DNA of 37,133 nt from Planctomycetales bacterium (GCA_024645305.1 JAHEFU010000001.1:6809-43941), one strand, 5' to 3'; shown: positions 16,067 to 25,699, numbered from the stretch's first letter. Numbers and translations: made by a program. The notes: generated from the letters alone by a model not told the origin.

Positions 16067-18313
16067 CTACCTCCAGATCGTAAAAGTACTGAGCCTGTCC
16101 TCCGGGGCAGGCTTTATACATATTTCTGCGTCACTGACCAGCCATCCGGCAATCTCCCCAGCGACATCGGCATCCACGGAAATCCAGCCGATTGACGCAT
16201 TCCCAGCCTGCTTTATCAGTGACAGCGCTGGATAATCCAGGCCTTTATCCCGGGACTCAACCACCAGCCAGGCATCCACCTCCTCGGACCAGGCATCCCG
16301 ATCATCGTGACCCAGGGCGGCTGGATCCCAGACCACTGCGGCATTGCGACCGGATAGCTGGCAGACCAGGCCGGCAATCCTGCCTTGCTCGGAGGGCAGG
16401 GCAATGAAGGGCAGTTCCCCTGGAGTGCTGGCTGCCAGGTCCTGCTGTGTTTCAGCGAGGCTTTCCAGTGGGTTGTCCTGCGGAATCCCATCCAGCCACA
16501 GGACCGTATCCAGCCGGCTGACGCCGCGGGCCTTCAGCGAGCTGATCAGGTTGTCGGCATTATGCCGCCTGCCCAGCCAGTAACTGCTGGCCAGCAGGTG
16601 GCGTCCCGCCCCTGGCACTTCAAGATATACAGCGAAGCTGCGCTCCAGCCGCAGCAGGCTCAGCTCAGGATGGGGCAATATCCAGCGCATGGCGATCCAG
16701 CCACTGAGCAGCCAGCCCAGCAGCAGGCAGACCGGCTGCAGGATGGCGAGCTGCCGGGCGGACAGCACTTCGCGGTTGCGGAAGCACTCGCCGGCCAGCA
16801 GCAACAGCAGGTAGAAGGCCAGCAGGAACCAGGCGGGTGGGCTGGTTACGGCAATGCTGGAGTAGGGCATGTCACTGAAGAGTGTTGCCAGCCGGTCCAG
16901 CAGCAGGCTGAACAGCATCACCAGCCAGTTCAGTGTCGGACCAATCAGCGGCAGCGCGGACAGCCCGAAGCTCGAGAGTGCCCCGCAGATCAGCAGGACC
17001 AGGGAGAGCGGTACTGCCAGCAGGTTGCTCAGCAGTCCGACAAGGGAGAACTGGTTGAAACTGGCGGCCAGCACCGGGGTCACGAACAGCTGGGCGCCGC
17101 CGGTTGTCAGCAGTCCATCCAGCAGGAAGCGCCGCCAGCCTCCGATGTGCATGATCAGCGGATGCAGTGTACCCATCATGTAGATCAGCCCGAATGTGGC
17201 GAGGAAGCTCAGCTGGAAGCCGGGGGTGAACAACTGCAGGGGCTGGGCCAGCAACAGCACGAGGCCTGCCTGGGACAGGGTTGACAGCCCGTCCACATTG
17301 CGCAGGAACAGTCGCCCGGCACACAGCAGCAGGCCCATGCACAGGGCCCGCACGATGCTCGTCTCATATCCGGTGATGCCGGCATAGATGGCAACGACGC
17401 TGATGGTGACCACGAACTGCAGGATGCTGATCAGCGTACCCCGGCTGTCAAAGCTGCGGGGGCTGCGCCACAGGGCCATGGCCAGCAGCAGGATCAGCAG
17501 GCTGACCTGGGTGCCGCTGGCAACGAGTATATGCGTCAGTCCGGCGCGCCGGAAGCGCTCCTGCAGTTCATCGTCCAGGTCCGTGATCTTGTCCCCGTAG
17601 ACCACGCTGACTGCCAGGTCCCGCAGATCCTCCGGCAGCCCCGCTGTCAGGCTGTCCATCAGCCGGCTGCGCAGCACTGTCAGCCAGGCCAGCCTGCGGC
17701 TGCCGCTGGCATCCTGGATATCCAGGAACCGGGGCGATGGCAGGTAGCAGGTCACGATGGTGCCACGCTGAAGCAGGTAGGCCCGGTAGTTGAACTGTCC
17801 GCGGTTGCGGGGTGCGCTGACCTCCTCCAGTGCACCGTGGAAGCGGATGCGGTCTCCGGGATTCAGGACGAAACCGGGTTCGCACTGCAGGTAGAACTGG
17901 CAGCGCCCAAGGCTCTTCCCGGCGGGGCTGCCCGGCAAACCGCTGAGGCTGGCCAGGAAGCGCAGGTGTCCGCGCTGGTACTTCGGCAGGCTGGCCACGA
18001 CTGCGCTTCCATCCACGCTGTCATCACTGCAGTACTCCAAGAGCGGGGCTGAGGTCACCTCATGTATCGCCACGTTGCAGTAGAGGAAGCCGGAACAGAT
18101 GATTGCCAGGCCGGCCGGCAGCGTAGCCAGCAGGGAATGGGAGCGTTGCCACAGATAGTGCAGTCCCAGCAGGCCGAGAAGTACTCCCAGCGCGGGAAAG
18201 AGGATCCGGCCGGGCAGCCCATGCGGCATGATCAGCTGGGCGCCGAGGGCGATCCCCAGGGCATAAAGCAGCAGTATCTGCAGGTAGATTCTTTCTTTCA
18301 GGAATCCCAGCAC
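16067..18313 (-). CDS. comEC: ComEC/Rec2 family DNA internalization channel protein; the C-terminal metallo-beta-lactamase-like region lacks metal-binding motifs
   Basis: The N-terminal DUF4131-like OB region (..PGDRIRF.G.L.....PRN.GQF.YR.YL...G) and the polytopic competence domain (..F.RAGL.H.LV.SG.QV.LL) are present. The last ~200 aa lack the VGQGD and HxHxDH motifs. Confidence 0.85.
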   Translation of the reverse strand: MLGFLKERIYLQILLLYALGIALGAQLIMPHGLPGRILFPALGVLLGLLGLHYLWQRSHSLLATLPAGLAIICSGFLYCNVAIHEVTSAPLLEYCSDDSVDGSAVVASLPKYQRGHLRFLASLSGLPGSPAGKSLGRCQFYLQCEPGFVLNPGDRIRFHGALEEVSAPRNRGQFNYRAYLLQRGTIVTCYLPSPRFLDIQDASGSRRLAWLTVLRSRLMDSLTAGLPEDLRDLAVSVVYGDKITDLDDELQERFRRAGLTHILVASGTQVSLLILLLAMALWRSPRSFDSRGTLISILQFVVTISVVAIYAGITGYETSIVRALCMGLLLCAGRLFLRNVDGLSTLSQAGLVLLLAQPLQLFTPGFQLSFLATFGLIYMMGTLHPLIMHIGGWRRFLLDGLLTTGGAQLFVTPVLAASFNQFSLVGLLSNLLAVPLSLVLLICGALSSFGLSALPLIGPTLNWLVMLFSLLLDRLATLFSDMPYSSIAVTSPPAWFLLAFYLLLLLAGECFRNREVLSARQLAILQPVCLLLGWLLSGWIAMRWILPHPELSLLRLERSFAVYLEVPGAGRHLLASSYWLGRRHNADNLISSLKARGVSRLDTVLWLDGIPQDNPLESLAETQQDLAASTPGELPFIALPSEQGRIAGLVCQLSGRNAAVVWDPAALGHDDRDAWSEEVDAWLVVESRDKGLDYPALSLIKQAGNASIGWISVDADVAGEIAGWLVSDAEICIKPAPEDRLSTFTIWR

Positions 18314-18369
18314 GGCGCTCTCCGGCGGCCCGCCAGCCGGCGGACCCTATACTGGCCAGAGCATATGCC

Positions 18370-19047
18370 ATGTCCGAACCATCTGTAAACAGTCTGCTGC
18401 TGGTTGCTATGCAGGAAGAGGCCCGGCCCCTGCTGGAAAGGCTGGGGGACCGTGTCCGGCTGATTGATTCCCGCGGCTACCGCTCCGTGCATCGCTGCGG
18501 TACCACCGTGATTGCTGTCAGTGGAATCGGTGGACATAACATGTCCGCAGCAGCGTCATCCCTGCTCAGCTGCTTCCCAAATGTGAAGTCCGTTGCCAAC
18601 TTCGGCTCTGCCGGAGCATACCCCGGGGCCGGGCTGCCAGGCGGCAGCATCCGCTGTGTGTCCAGGGTGTGCAAATGGGATCTGCACCTGCCCCTGGCGG
18701 AGTTTGATCAGCACTTCACTGCTCTTGAGATTGCTACGGAACACTGTCTGGCAGCCGGGCTGGATGCCGCCAGCTGCAACAGCGGCTGCAGTTTCAGCAC
18801 TGCAGAGGATCGTCTGCGGCCGGGATTCCCGCAGGCTCAGCTGGAGGACATGGAACTCTACAGCCTGGCTGCCCTGTGCCAGGCCCATGAACTTCCGCTG
18901 TGGTCGCTCAAGTTCGTCAGCAACCAGGTGGGTGAAACTGCGGTGGACGAATTCAATGCGGGATTCCACTCGAACCTGGAAACGGCGACGGATGTGCTGG
19001 AGGGCCTGCTTGGCAACTGGAGCCAGGCCCTGTCAGGGCATGGATAA
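18370..19047 (+). CDS. PNP_UDP_1-family nucleosidase (MTA/SAH nucleosidase or futalosine hydrolase-like)
   Basis: LLLVAMQEEA.PLLERL, VIAVSGIGGHN.SAAAS.LL, V.NFGSAGA and EDMELY.LA.LC....LP....K.VSN all match Mtn/MqnB family motifs. Confidence 0.6.
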   Translation: MSEPSVNSLLLVAMQEEARPLLERLGDRVRLIDSRGYRSVHRCGTTVIAVSGIGGHNMSAAASSLLSCFPNVKSVANFGSAGAYPGAGLPGGSIRCVSRVCKWDLHLPLAEFDQHFTALEIATEHCLAAGLDAASCNSGCSFSTAEDRLRPGFPQAQLEDMELYSLAALCQAHELPLWSLKFVSNQVGETAVDEFNAGFHSNLETATDVLEGLLGNWSQALSGHG

Positions 19048-19055
19048 CCCAGTGA

Positions 19056-19841
19056 TCAACGGCGGGGAGCCAGGTAGTTCAACAGCCAGCCTGACACGAT
19101 CGTGTCATCGAGACCCTCATATGACTCCAGCAGGTCCGTTCCGTGGGAGCGGCCTGCAAACACCCGCAGGCTGACCGGATCAGCCTTCAGCGCCAGCTTC
19201 TCCAGGGCCAGGCTGCTTTGCCAGGAGTATTCGTCCTGCTTTGCGCAGATGAGGTACAGCGGCCGCCGCCCCAGGGCATCAAGATACTCCGCCGGTACCA
19301 GGCCCTTGTAATCCTGCCCCGCTGACAGGGCCACCACTGTCCGCACACGCAGGTCCTGGGATGCGTACATGATTGCCAGGTTGGCCCCGATGCTGGCCCC
19401 GATGATGCCCACGCGCTCAGCATCCACCTCCAGCTGCCTGCCGAGGAACTCGTGTGCCGCCTGCACGTCATTCAGCATGGCCTGGAAGTCGGATTCCTTC
19501 AGTGCCTTGTAGCCGTCATTGCGCCCCTGTGGGTCCAGCGTCTCACCATGCCCCCTGAAGTCAATGGCAATAACGGCATAGCCTTCCACTACCAGCTTGC
19601 CGGCAAGCTTAGTGAAAGCGGACTTGTCGCTGCCGAACATATGCAGCAGGATCAGGGCCGGAGCTTCCGTGGTCCGCGGTCTGAAATACCAGCCGGATAC
19701 CGCATAGTCATCCGTGGTTGTCAGTGTGACAGCCACTGCTCCCTTGGGGGGTTCGGCTGCGGCGGCGTGCCTGCCGGGAATTGCCAGGCAGAGAATTGCC
19801 AGCAGCGCGCTCAGCAGGAATCTGTGTTGCATAGTGCTCAT
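19056..19841 (-). CDS. Secreted alpha/beta hydrolase (dienelactone hydrolase / S9-like)
   Basis: Signal peptide ..LAILCLAIPGRHAAAAE, a nucleophile elbow GASIGAN, and a C-terminal ..GRSHG.. histidine. Its ATG overlaps the alaS stop (ATGA). Confidence 0.75.
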   Translation of the reverse strand: MSTMQHRFLLSALLAILCLAIPGRHAAAAEPPKGAVAVTLTTTDDYAVSGWYFRPRTTEAPALILLHMFGSDKSAFTKLAGKLVVEGYAVIAIDFRGHGETLDPQGRNDGYKALKESDFQAMLNDVQAAHEFLGRQLEVDAERVGIIGASIGANLAIMYASQDLRVRTVVALSAGQDYKGLVPAEYLDALGRRPLYLICAKQDEYSWQSSLALEKLALKADPVSLRVFAGRSHGTDLLESYEGLDDTIVSGWLLNYLAPRR

Positions 19842-22609
19842 TTTGCCAGGGTCGCCTCGATCATTTCCCTGACCTTTGCGGCGGATTCCGTGTTCATGCT
19901 GCCGTCCTTGCCCCCCGCTTCCGCGAACTCCGGACGACCTCCGCCACCACCCTTGCAGAGTTTTGCCGCTTCGCGGATCAGCTCGGATGCCTTCAGTCCG
20001 GTGGCCAGCGCTTCCGGGGACAGCTTGCAGACGAGGACAGCCTTGCCTTCGACATTTCCGGCAAGGAAGACGACGTAGCTGTCCTTCCAGTGCTGGCCGG
20101 CAAGTCGCTCGACGAGGAACTTGACATCCTCGCGCTGGCCCAGTTCCACCGCCTGTACGAGCACATGCAGCCCGCCGAGTTCCTCGGCCTGCTGTGCCAG
20201 CTCCTCAACCATGCCGCCGACTTCCAGTTCCCGCCTGGCCTCCACCGCCGCCTGGCGCGCTTCCCGGGCGGCCTGCTCAGTCTCGCTGATTCGGGAGAGC
20301 AGATCCTCGCGCCACTGGATTGCCCGGCTGGCATATTCCTGCATGTCATTCATCCCGGTCGGGATGGGAAGCGGGACCTTGTAATGCAGCCCCAGGCCAT
20401 CCGCTGCTTCCCGCGCCGCGTTGGCAAACTCCAGGGCCTTGAATCCGGTCAGGGCGTAGATCCGGCGGATGCCGGACTGCACGCTTTCCTCCTTGACGAT
20501 CACGAAACGGCAGGCCATGCTCGTGCGCTCGAGGTGCGTTCCGCCGCACAGTTCACGGCTGACCCAGCCGTCAATGCTGTCCTCCTCGCCCTCACCGATA
20601 CTGACAACACGGACCTCATTCCCGTACTTCTCGTCAAACACCGCCGTGACGCCCATCTCCTTGGCCTTGGCCAGCGGCATGCTGTCGTAGCGCACCGGGT
20701 TGTCCTCGATGATCCAGCGGTTGACCAGTTCCTCGATTGCCAGTAGCTCCTCACGCGTAGTGGCCTGGAAGTGGCTGAAGTCAAAGCGGATCTCATCCTC
20801 ACTGAGCTGCGAGCCGGCCTGGCTTACGTGTCCGCCCAGCACCTGCTTGAGCGCTTCCAGCATCAGGTGGTTGGTCGTATGTGGCCGCTTCAGGGCATCG
20901 CGGCGCACAGTGTTGACAGCCAGGATCACCCGGCTGCCTTCCTCAATCCCCGGTTCGCCAAGCACCACATGCACTCCGCGTGTGCCGATGGCCTGCATCG
21001 GATAGTTCTGTCCGTCCAGCGGCAACCATCCCGTGTCGTCCGGCTGTCCGCCGGCTGCACTGTAGAAGGGAGTTGCATCACTCACCATCCGCACTCCCGG
21101 CACGGGATCACCTTCCTTGGGACTGCCAGGGGCGATCAGCGGCGCGATCCCGCGGATGTCCGGCAGGGCTTCAACACTGCGCACTGACACTTCCGCGCTC
21201 GTTTCCAGGTAGCCGAGGAACCGCACTTCCAGGGCAGTTTCCTCCTGCCGGCCCATGTCTCCCTCGAATTTGCCGGCCGCCCTGGCGCGTTCGCGTTGCG
21301 CATCCATCTCCTCGTTGAATCCCACCTCATCCAGGCTGACATTCTCCAGTTCACAGAGATCACGGGTCACCTCGAAGGGGAAGCCATAGGTATCGTATAT
21401 CTCAAAGGCAAACCGGCCACTGAGGCTCTCGCCCTTGGCTCCGGCCTGCTGTATGCGTTCCATCACCTCATCAAAACTGCGGTTCATCACACCGAAGAAC
21501 TGCTCTTCCTCCTTGTTGATCCAGGGCTCAATCAGCCTTTCACGGTTCTTGCGCAGGTCCACGTAGTGGTTGCCAAGTTTGCTGATCACCAGGTCACTGA
21601 GCTGCATGATGAAGGGTTCCCGCACGCCGAGGATGAAGGCCTGCGATATGATGCGGCGGATCAGCTTGCGCAGCACGTAGTTGCGTCCGTTGTTGCCTGG
21701 ATTGACACCGTCCGCGAGCAGGACAGTGGCTGTGCGGATATGGTCGGCCGCCAGCCAGTAGGGGTTGAAGCCCCGGGCACCCAGCTCGAACAGCTCTTCA
21801 TCCGAGGGATTGCGCTTCGTGGCCTTGTTGACAACCTCCGCAAAGCCGCTGATCAGGTAGTCCATGCAGTCAGTGCGGTAGACCGTGCGCACATCCTGCT
21901 TGACCATGCTGAAGCGCTCCAGCCCGCCGCCGTAGTCCACATTGCGGCTGGGCAGTTCACTGTCAGACCCGTCCTGGGCACGCTGGTACTGCATGAATAC
22001 GTCGTTGCCGATTTCCACGATCCGGCCGCTTTCACTGAGCCGGATGAAGCTCTCGCGATCGATGGGCTGCCCGTCCGGGGCGAAGTCCCAGAAGTACTCC
22101 GTGTCGTAGCCCCAGGGTCCGGTATCGCCGGCTGCCCAGCGGTTGTCGGCGTCGCCCAGTGCGAACAGGCGTTCCTCGGGCCAGCCCAGCTCCTTCAGCC
22201 ACAACCGGCGGGTTTCCTCATCCTGCTCGTGGTGTGTGATGTAGAGCCGCGAGGTATCGAGGTTCAGCCAGTCGCTGCTGCTCATCCATTCCAGGGTGTA
22301 GCGCATCGCCTCAGCCTTGAAATAGGCGCCGAAGCTGAACTTGCCGAGCATCTCAAAGAACGTATTGTGCCGGTTGGTCTTGCCCACCTGTTCGATATCA
22401 ATCGTGCGCACACACTTCTGTGAATTCATCGCTGTGCTGGCCGGCGGTTTTTCCTGGCCCATGAAGTAGCGCTTGAGCGGTGCCATGCCTGCATTGATGA
22501 GCAGCAGGCTGGGGTCGGCCACCGGAACCACCGATGCACTCGGCAGTTCGGTATGGCCCTGCTGGCGGTAATATTCGAGGAAACTTTCACGTATCTCGTT
22601 GGAGAGCAT
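19838..22609 (-). CDS. alaS: Alanine--tRNA ligase
   Basis: MLSNEIRESFLEYY...GH...PSAS.VP..DPSLL.INAGM...K..F.G, the editing-domain motifs HTTNH..L.EAL..VLG.HV.Q.GS and CGGTH, and a DHHA1-like tail ..GGGGGRP.FA.AGGKD. I place the start at the ATG at 22609 by homology; the ORF-track extension to 23005 overlaps lpxB and is rejected. Confidence 0.95.
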   Translation of the reverse strand: MLSNEIRESFLEYYRQQGHTELPSASVVPVADPSLLLINAGMAPLKRYFMGQEKPPASTAMNSQKCVRTIDIEQVGKTNRHNTFFEMLGKFSFGAYFKAEAMRYTLEWMSSSDWLNLDTSRLYITHHEQDEETRRLWLKELGWPEERLFALGDADNRWAAGDTGPWGYDTEYFWDFAPDGQPIDRESFIRLSESGRIVEIGNDVFMQYQRAQDGSDSELPSRNVDYGGGLERFSMVKQDVRTVYRTDCMDYLISGFAEVVNKATKRNPSDEELFELGARGFNPYWLAADHIRTATVLLADGVNPGNNGRNYVLRKLIRRIISQAFILGVREPFIMQLSDLVISKLGNHYVDLRKNRERLIEPWINKEEEQFFGVMNRSFDEVMERIQQAGAKGESLSGRFAFEIYDTYGFPFEVTRDLCELENVSLDEVGFNEEMDAQRERARAAGKFEGDMGRQEETALEVRFLGYLETSAEVSVRSVEALPDIRGIAPLIAPGSPKEGDPVPGVRMVSDATPFYSAAGGQPDDTGWLPLDGQNYPMQAIGTRGVHVVLGEPGIEEGSRVILAVNTVRRDALKRPHTTNHLMLEALKQVLGGHVSQAGSQLSEDEIRFDFSHFQATTREELLAIEELVNRWIIEDNPVRYDSMPLAKAKEMGVTAVFDEKYGNEVRVVSIGEGEEDSIDGWVSRELCGGTHLERTSMACRFVIVKEESVQSGIRRIYALTGFKALEFANAAREAADGLGLHYKVPLPIPTGMNDMQEYASRAIQWREDLLSRISETEQAAREARQAAVEARRELEVGGMVEELAQQAEELGGLHVLVQAVELGQREDVKFLVERLAGQHWKDSYVVFLAGNVEGKAVLVCKLSPEALATGLKASELIREAAKLCKGGGGGRPEFAEAGGKDGSMNTESAAKVREMIEATLAK

Positions 22610-22618
22610 AAGGCCGAT

Positions 22619-22624
22619 ATTATA
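22619..22624 (-). promoter_or_regulatory. -10 hexamer TATAAT 9 nt upstream of the alaS ATG
   Basis: The minus strand reads ccgTATAATatcggccttATG. No SD. Confidence 0.4.
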
Positions 22625-22712
22625 CGGTGCTACGGCCCCAACGGCATCCCTCAGGCTCCATGAGAGGTAATCAGTGCGGCAGCGCAATACCGGCTGATGC
22701 CTTGCTCTGCCA

Positions 22713-22718
22713 TATAAT
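22713..22718 (+). promoter_or_regulatory. -10 hexamer TATAAT 6 nt upstream of the lpxB GTG
   Basis: The sequence reads ccaTATAATcgctgcGTG. No SD, and this is the only canonical start upstream of the conserved LpxB N-terminus. Confidence 0.4.
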
Positions 22719-22724
22719 CGCTGC

Positions 22725-23975
22725 GTGTCCACTGCAGGCCCAGCCAGCGCCCCGCGCATCTTCATATCCACCGGTGAGCTTTCCGGGGAGATGCATGCCG
22801 CACACCTGCTGGATAAGCTGCAGCAGCTGCGGGCCCAGGATGGCCTGCCGGCAGCGGTCTGCCGCGGCAATGGATCCAGCCGGATGCAGGCCGCAGGGGT
22901 GGAGCTGCTGCGTGACGTCGCCACCTGGAGCGAAATGGGCATCATCCGCAACATGTTCAAGGCCCGCTTCTTCTCGCGCATCCTGCAGGAGACGGTCCGC
23001 CACATCCTGGCGGGAGACTATGACTTGGTGGTGCTGGTTGACAACCGCTTCCTCAACCTGAACCTGGCGCGGATCCTGCGCGAGCGTGGATACACAGGCC
23101 GGATTGCCTACTACGTGGCCCCGGTCCGCTGGGAGAGCCTGTATGACCCTGCTGAACTGCAGCGCAGCCTGCGCAATCCGCGCTTCGCGATGATCAAGCG
23201 CTACTGCGACCTGGCAATCCCGATCTATCCCGTCAGTCTGGATACGTTTGAGCAGCTGGGAATTCCACATGTCTACCCGGGGCATCCCCTGTGTGAGCTG
23301 GCCAGGCCCAAACTCAGCGATGCTGAATTCCAGCAACTGCTCGGACTGGACAGTACGCGGATGCAGAACACGCAGATCGTGGGAATCATGCCCGGCAGCA
23401 GGCGCGGGGAGATCAGCGACATTGCCCCTGAGATCTTCCGCGCGGTGGTTCTTCTGCAGGCAGCCAGTCAGAGCGTGCCTGACGGGCCGCGCATCATTGC
23501 CGTGGCTCCCGTGGCTCACCCCGAGCTGCGTGAAGCCACCCTGCGGGCGGCCGCAAACAGTGGGCTGGAAGAACTCGTACTCTTGGATTCAGAGTTCCGC
23601 TATGACATGATGGCCCGTGCTGCGCTGATGATTGTCAAGAGTGGCACGGGGCTGCATGAATGCATGATCATGGGAACCCCCGCCGTGATGTGCTACCGCT
23701 TTCATCCAGTGCTGGCCTGGATTGGCCGGAACATCATGCGCTTCTCGATGCCGTACTACGGATTCCCCAACCTGCTGGCCAACCGGGCCGTTGTGCCGGA
23801 ACTGATCCAGGAGGACTGCCGGCACGACAGGATCGCCGAAGTGGCCGGACGCCTGCTGTTTGATGAATCAGAGCGGGAAACGATGTTGCATGATTTTGCA
23901 GCCCTGCGGGAAAGGGTCTGCCTGCCAGATCCACTGGGTACCGCTGCCCGCGCAATCCAGGCATTGCTGCTGTAA
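22725..23975 (+). CDS. lpxB: Lipid-A-disaccharide synthase (GT19)
   Basis: The N-terminus RIFISTGE.SGE.HAA.L...L matches the LpxB (I).AGE.SGD.. motif. Also present are ..GIMPGSRR.EI.......F, and ...KSGT...E..I.G.P.V..Y...... Confidence 0.85.
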   Translation: MSTAGPASAPRIFISTGELSGEMHAAHLLDKLQQLRAQDGLPAAVCRGNGSSRMQAAGVELLRDVATWSEMGIIRNMFKARFFSRILQETVRHILAGDYDLVVLVDNRFLNLNLARILRERGYTGRIAYYVAPVRWESLYDPAELQRSLRNPRFAMIKRYCDLAIPIYPVSLDTFEQLGIPHVYPGHPLCELARPKLSDAEFQQLLGLDSTRMQNTQIVGIMPGSRRGEISDIAPEIFRAVVLLQAASQSVPDGPRIIAVAPVAHPELREATLRAAANSGLEELVLLDSEFRYDMMARAALMIVKSGTGLHECMIMGTPAVMCYRFHPVLAWIGRNIMRFSMPYYGFPNLLANRAVVPELIQEDCRHDRIAEVAGRLLFDESERETMLHDFAALRERVCLPDPLGTAARAIQALLL

Positions 23976-23980
23976 CGCGA

Positions 23981-24622
23981 TCAGTAGATCTTCACTTCCT
24001 TCTTCTTCTCCTCAGCCAGTGACTCACCAAGGGACTTGCCTGTCTGCACTGCAATGGAGTAACAGACAGCAGTACCCAGTGACTCATCCATTTCGAAGAC
24101 GGCCGTGATCCGCAGGCGGTTGCCCTCCAGCGATTGATGGTCCCAGATCAGTGAATCACTGCGCTCGGATGTCGGCGGCCCGAGCTTCTCCACGAAATCA
24201 GTCTTGAGCGAACCGATAGTGCAGCCAGCGGCGGGCTTGAGCAGGAATGGAGGATCGAAAACCACTTCATCCTCCGACTGTGCAAGCTTGCGGATGCACA
24301 TCATCCAGATCAGTTCGTCATCGCTCGAGATGCTCAGCCGCAACTGGCTGTCCTTGAGTCCGTGGGCATCCGTCTGCTCGGGCAGCCAGATAAGGTCGGT
24401 GGACAGCTTGTTGCGGGCTTCAATTTCGTATTGCGGCTCGGAAAGAACGCTTTCAACACTTTCACGGCTCATGCCCAGCGTGACCCCGAGACCCCAGTTG
24501 CTGCCCAGCAGATCAAGATATTCATCCGATTCCTCAGCTTGCTTCCTGCATGATGCGGACGTTAAGATCAGCCCTGCCATGATCAGGGTTGCTGCAATTC
24601 TAAAGATTGCCCGGTGGCTCAT
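23981..24622 (-). CDS. Hypothetical lipoprotein, 213 aa
   Basis: MSHRAIFRIAATLIMAGLILTSASC contains a lipobox. A strong AGGAGGG SD lies upstream of the ATG. No motif was recognised. Confidence 0.7.
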   Translation of the reverse strand: MSHRAIFRIAATLIMAGLILTSASCRKQAEESDEYLDLLGSNWGLGVTLGMSRESVESVLSEPQYEIEARNKLSTDLIWLPEQTDAHGLKDSQLRLSISSDDELIWMMCIRKLAQSEDEVVFDPPFLLKPAAGCTIGSLKTDFVEKLGPPTSERSDSLIWDHQSLEGNRLRITAVFEMDESLGTAVCYSIAVQTGKSLGESLAEEKKKEVKIY

Positions 24623-24731
24623 CAGCCTTCCCTCCTAACTCGAAATGAATAGTCTAGCAGTCCGGTCAGCCGGGAAGGGCCGGGGACAGTGCTAAGATTT
24701 AGCCCGTTCAATCATCCCTTTGAGGTGAAAC

Positions 24732-25658
24732 ATGAGTCGTGTAGCAATCGTTGGTGGAGCCGGGCGCGTGGGCGTCAGCTTTGCCTTTGACCTGCTCAAG
24801 GAAGGAATCTGCCACGAACTCGTCCTGATCGATATACTCGAGGACCCTGTACAGGGCGAGCGGCTGGACCTGATGCATTCGACTTCCTGCCTGAGCAACA
24901 CCCGTGTGATCGCGGGTACGGACCCCAAGCTGCTGGCTGGCGCGGACATCGTGGTGATTCCCGCCGGTGCCCGCCGCAAGGCTGACCAGTCCCGCCTGGA
25001 TCTGGTACGCACCAATTTCAGCATTGTTGACAAGTGGATGCAGACCCTCAACGAGGTCAATCCTGATGCCATCGTGCTGATCGTCGTCAACCCAGTTGAC
25101 ACGCTGACCTACCGGGCTTTCCTGATGGGTTCCAAGAACCGCCAGAAGGTCTTCGGACTTGGCAACGTAATGGACACCGTGCGCTTCCGCAGCATCATTG
25201 CTGAGAAGTACGGCTGGGATCCGCGGCAGGTCGATGCCTACCTGCTGGGTGAGCATGGCGATACCATGGTGCCGATCTGGAGCCAGGCCAACTACGCGGG
25301 GATGTTGCTTGACAACATCAACTGCACGGACCGTGAGACCCTCGATGCCGCCTATGTGGAAACGCGCAAGGCCGGCTCCGAGGTGATCCGCCTCAAGGGT
25401 GGTGCCGGCTGGGCTGTCGGTGTGAGTTGCACGGAGGTGGTGCGCAGCATCATCCTCGATGAGAAGCGCGTGCTCTGCGTCAGTTCAGTTCCCGACGGAT
25501 CCTACGGCATTGAAGGTAACGTCTCTTTGTCCCTGCCCACAATCGTCGGCCGTAATGGCATCGAGGGATACCTTGATGTGAAGCTGGCTGACGAGGAGCT
25601 GGAGGGTCTGAAGAGAAGTGCGGATGCCCTGCGTGCGAACTACGCCGAAATTGGCTAG
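24732..25658 (+). CDS. mdh: Malate dehydrogenase, LDH-like subfamily (LDH/MDH superfamily)
   Basis: Rossmann motif VAIVGGAGRVG, the loop PAGARRK..QSRLDL with Arg at the Q/R specificity position (Arg favours oxaloacetate), and catalytic LGEHGDT. GAGGTG SD. Confidence 0.8.
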   Translation: MSRVAIVGGAGRVGVSFAFDLLKEGICHELVLIDILEDPVQGERLDLMHSTSCLSNTRVIAGTDPKLLAGADIVVIPAGARRKADQSRLDLVRTNFSIVDKWMQTLNEVNPDAIVLIVVNPVDTLTYRAFLMGSKNRQKVFGLGNVMDTVRFRSIIAEKYGWDPRQVDAYLLGEHGDTMVPIWSQANYAGMLLDNINCTDRETLDAAYVETRKAGSEVIRLKGGAGWAVGVSCTEVVRSIILDEKRVLCVSSVPDGSYGIEGNVSLSLPTIVGRNGIEGYLDVKLADEELEGLKRSADALRANYAEIG

Positions 25659-25699
25659 CAGACCGGACGCGTTGCGTCATGCATGACCAGGAAACATCA

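Noticed and set aside
21296-22423. A 375-aa plus-strand ORF antisense to alaS. Similar long antisense ORFs lie at 16385-17284 (comEC), 22671-23519 (lpxB), 26543-27379 (aroE-like), 30111-30977 (thiolase), 31349-32206 (nhaA), 13919-14584 (glyQS) and 8822-9484 (M28)
   Set aside because: All of them lie opposite genes with strong family signatures and have Arg/Gly/Ala/His-rich translations without motifs. They are GC3-driven absence of stop codons, not overlapping genes.
22610-23005. A 132-codon N-terminal extension of the alaS ORF, as given in the ORF track
   Set aside because: The extension is Arg/Ser/Cys-rich with no homology and overlaps the lpxB coding region on the other strand. The conserved AlaRS N-terminus starts at the ATG at 22609.
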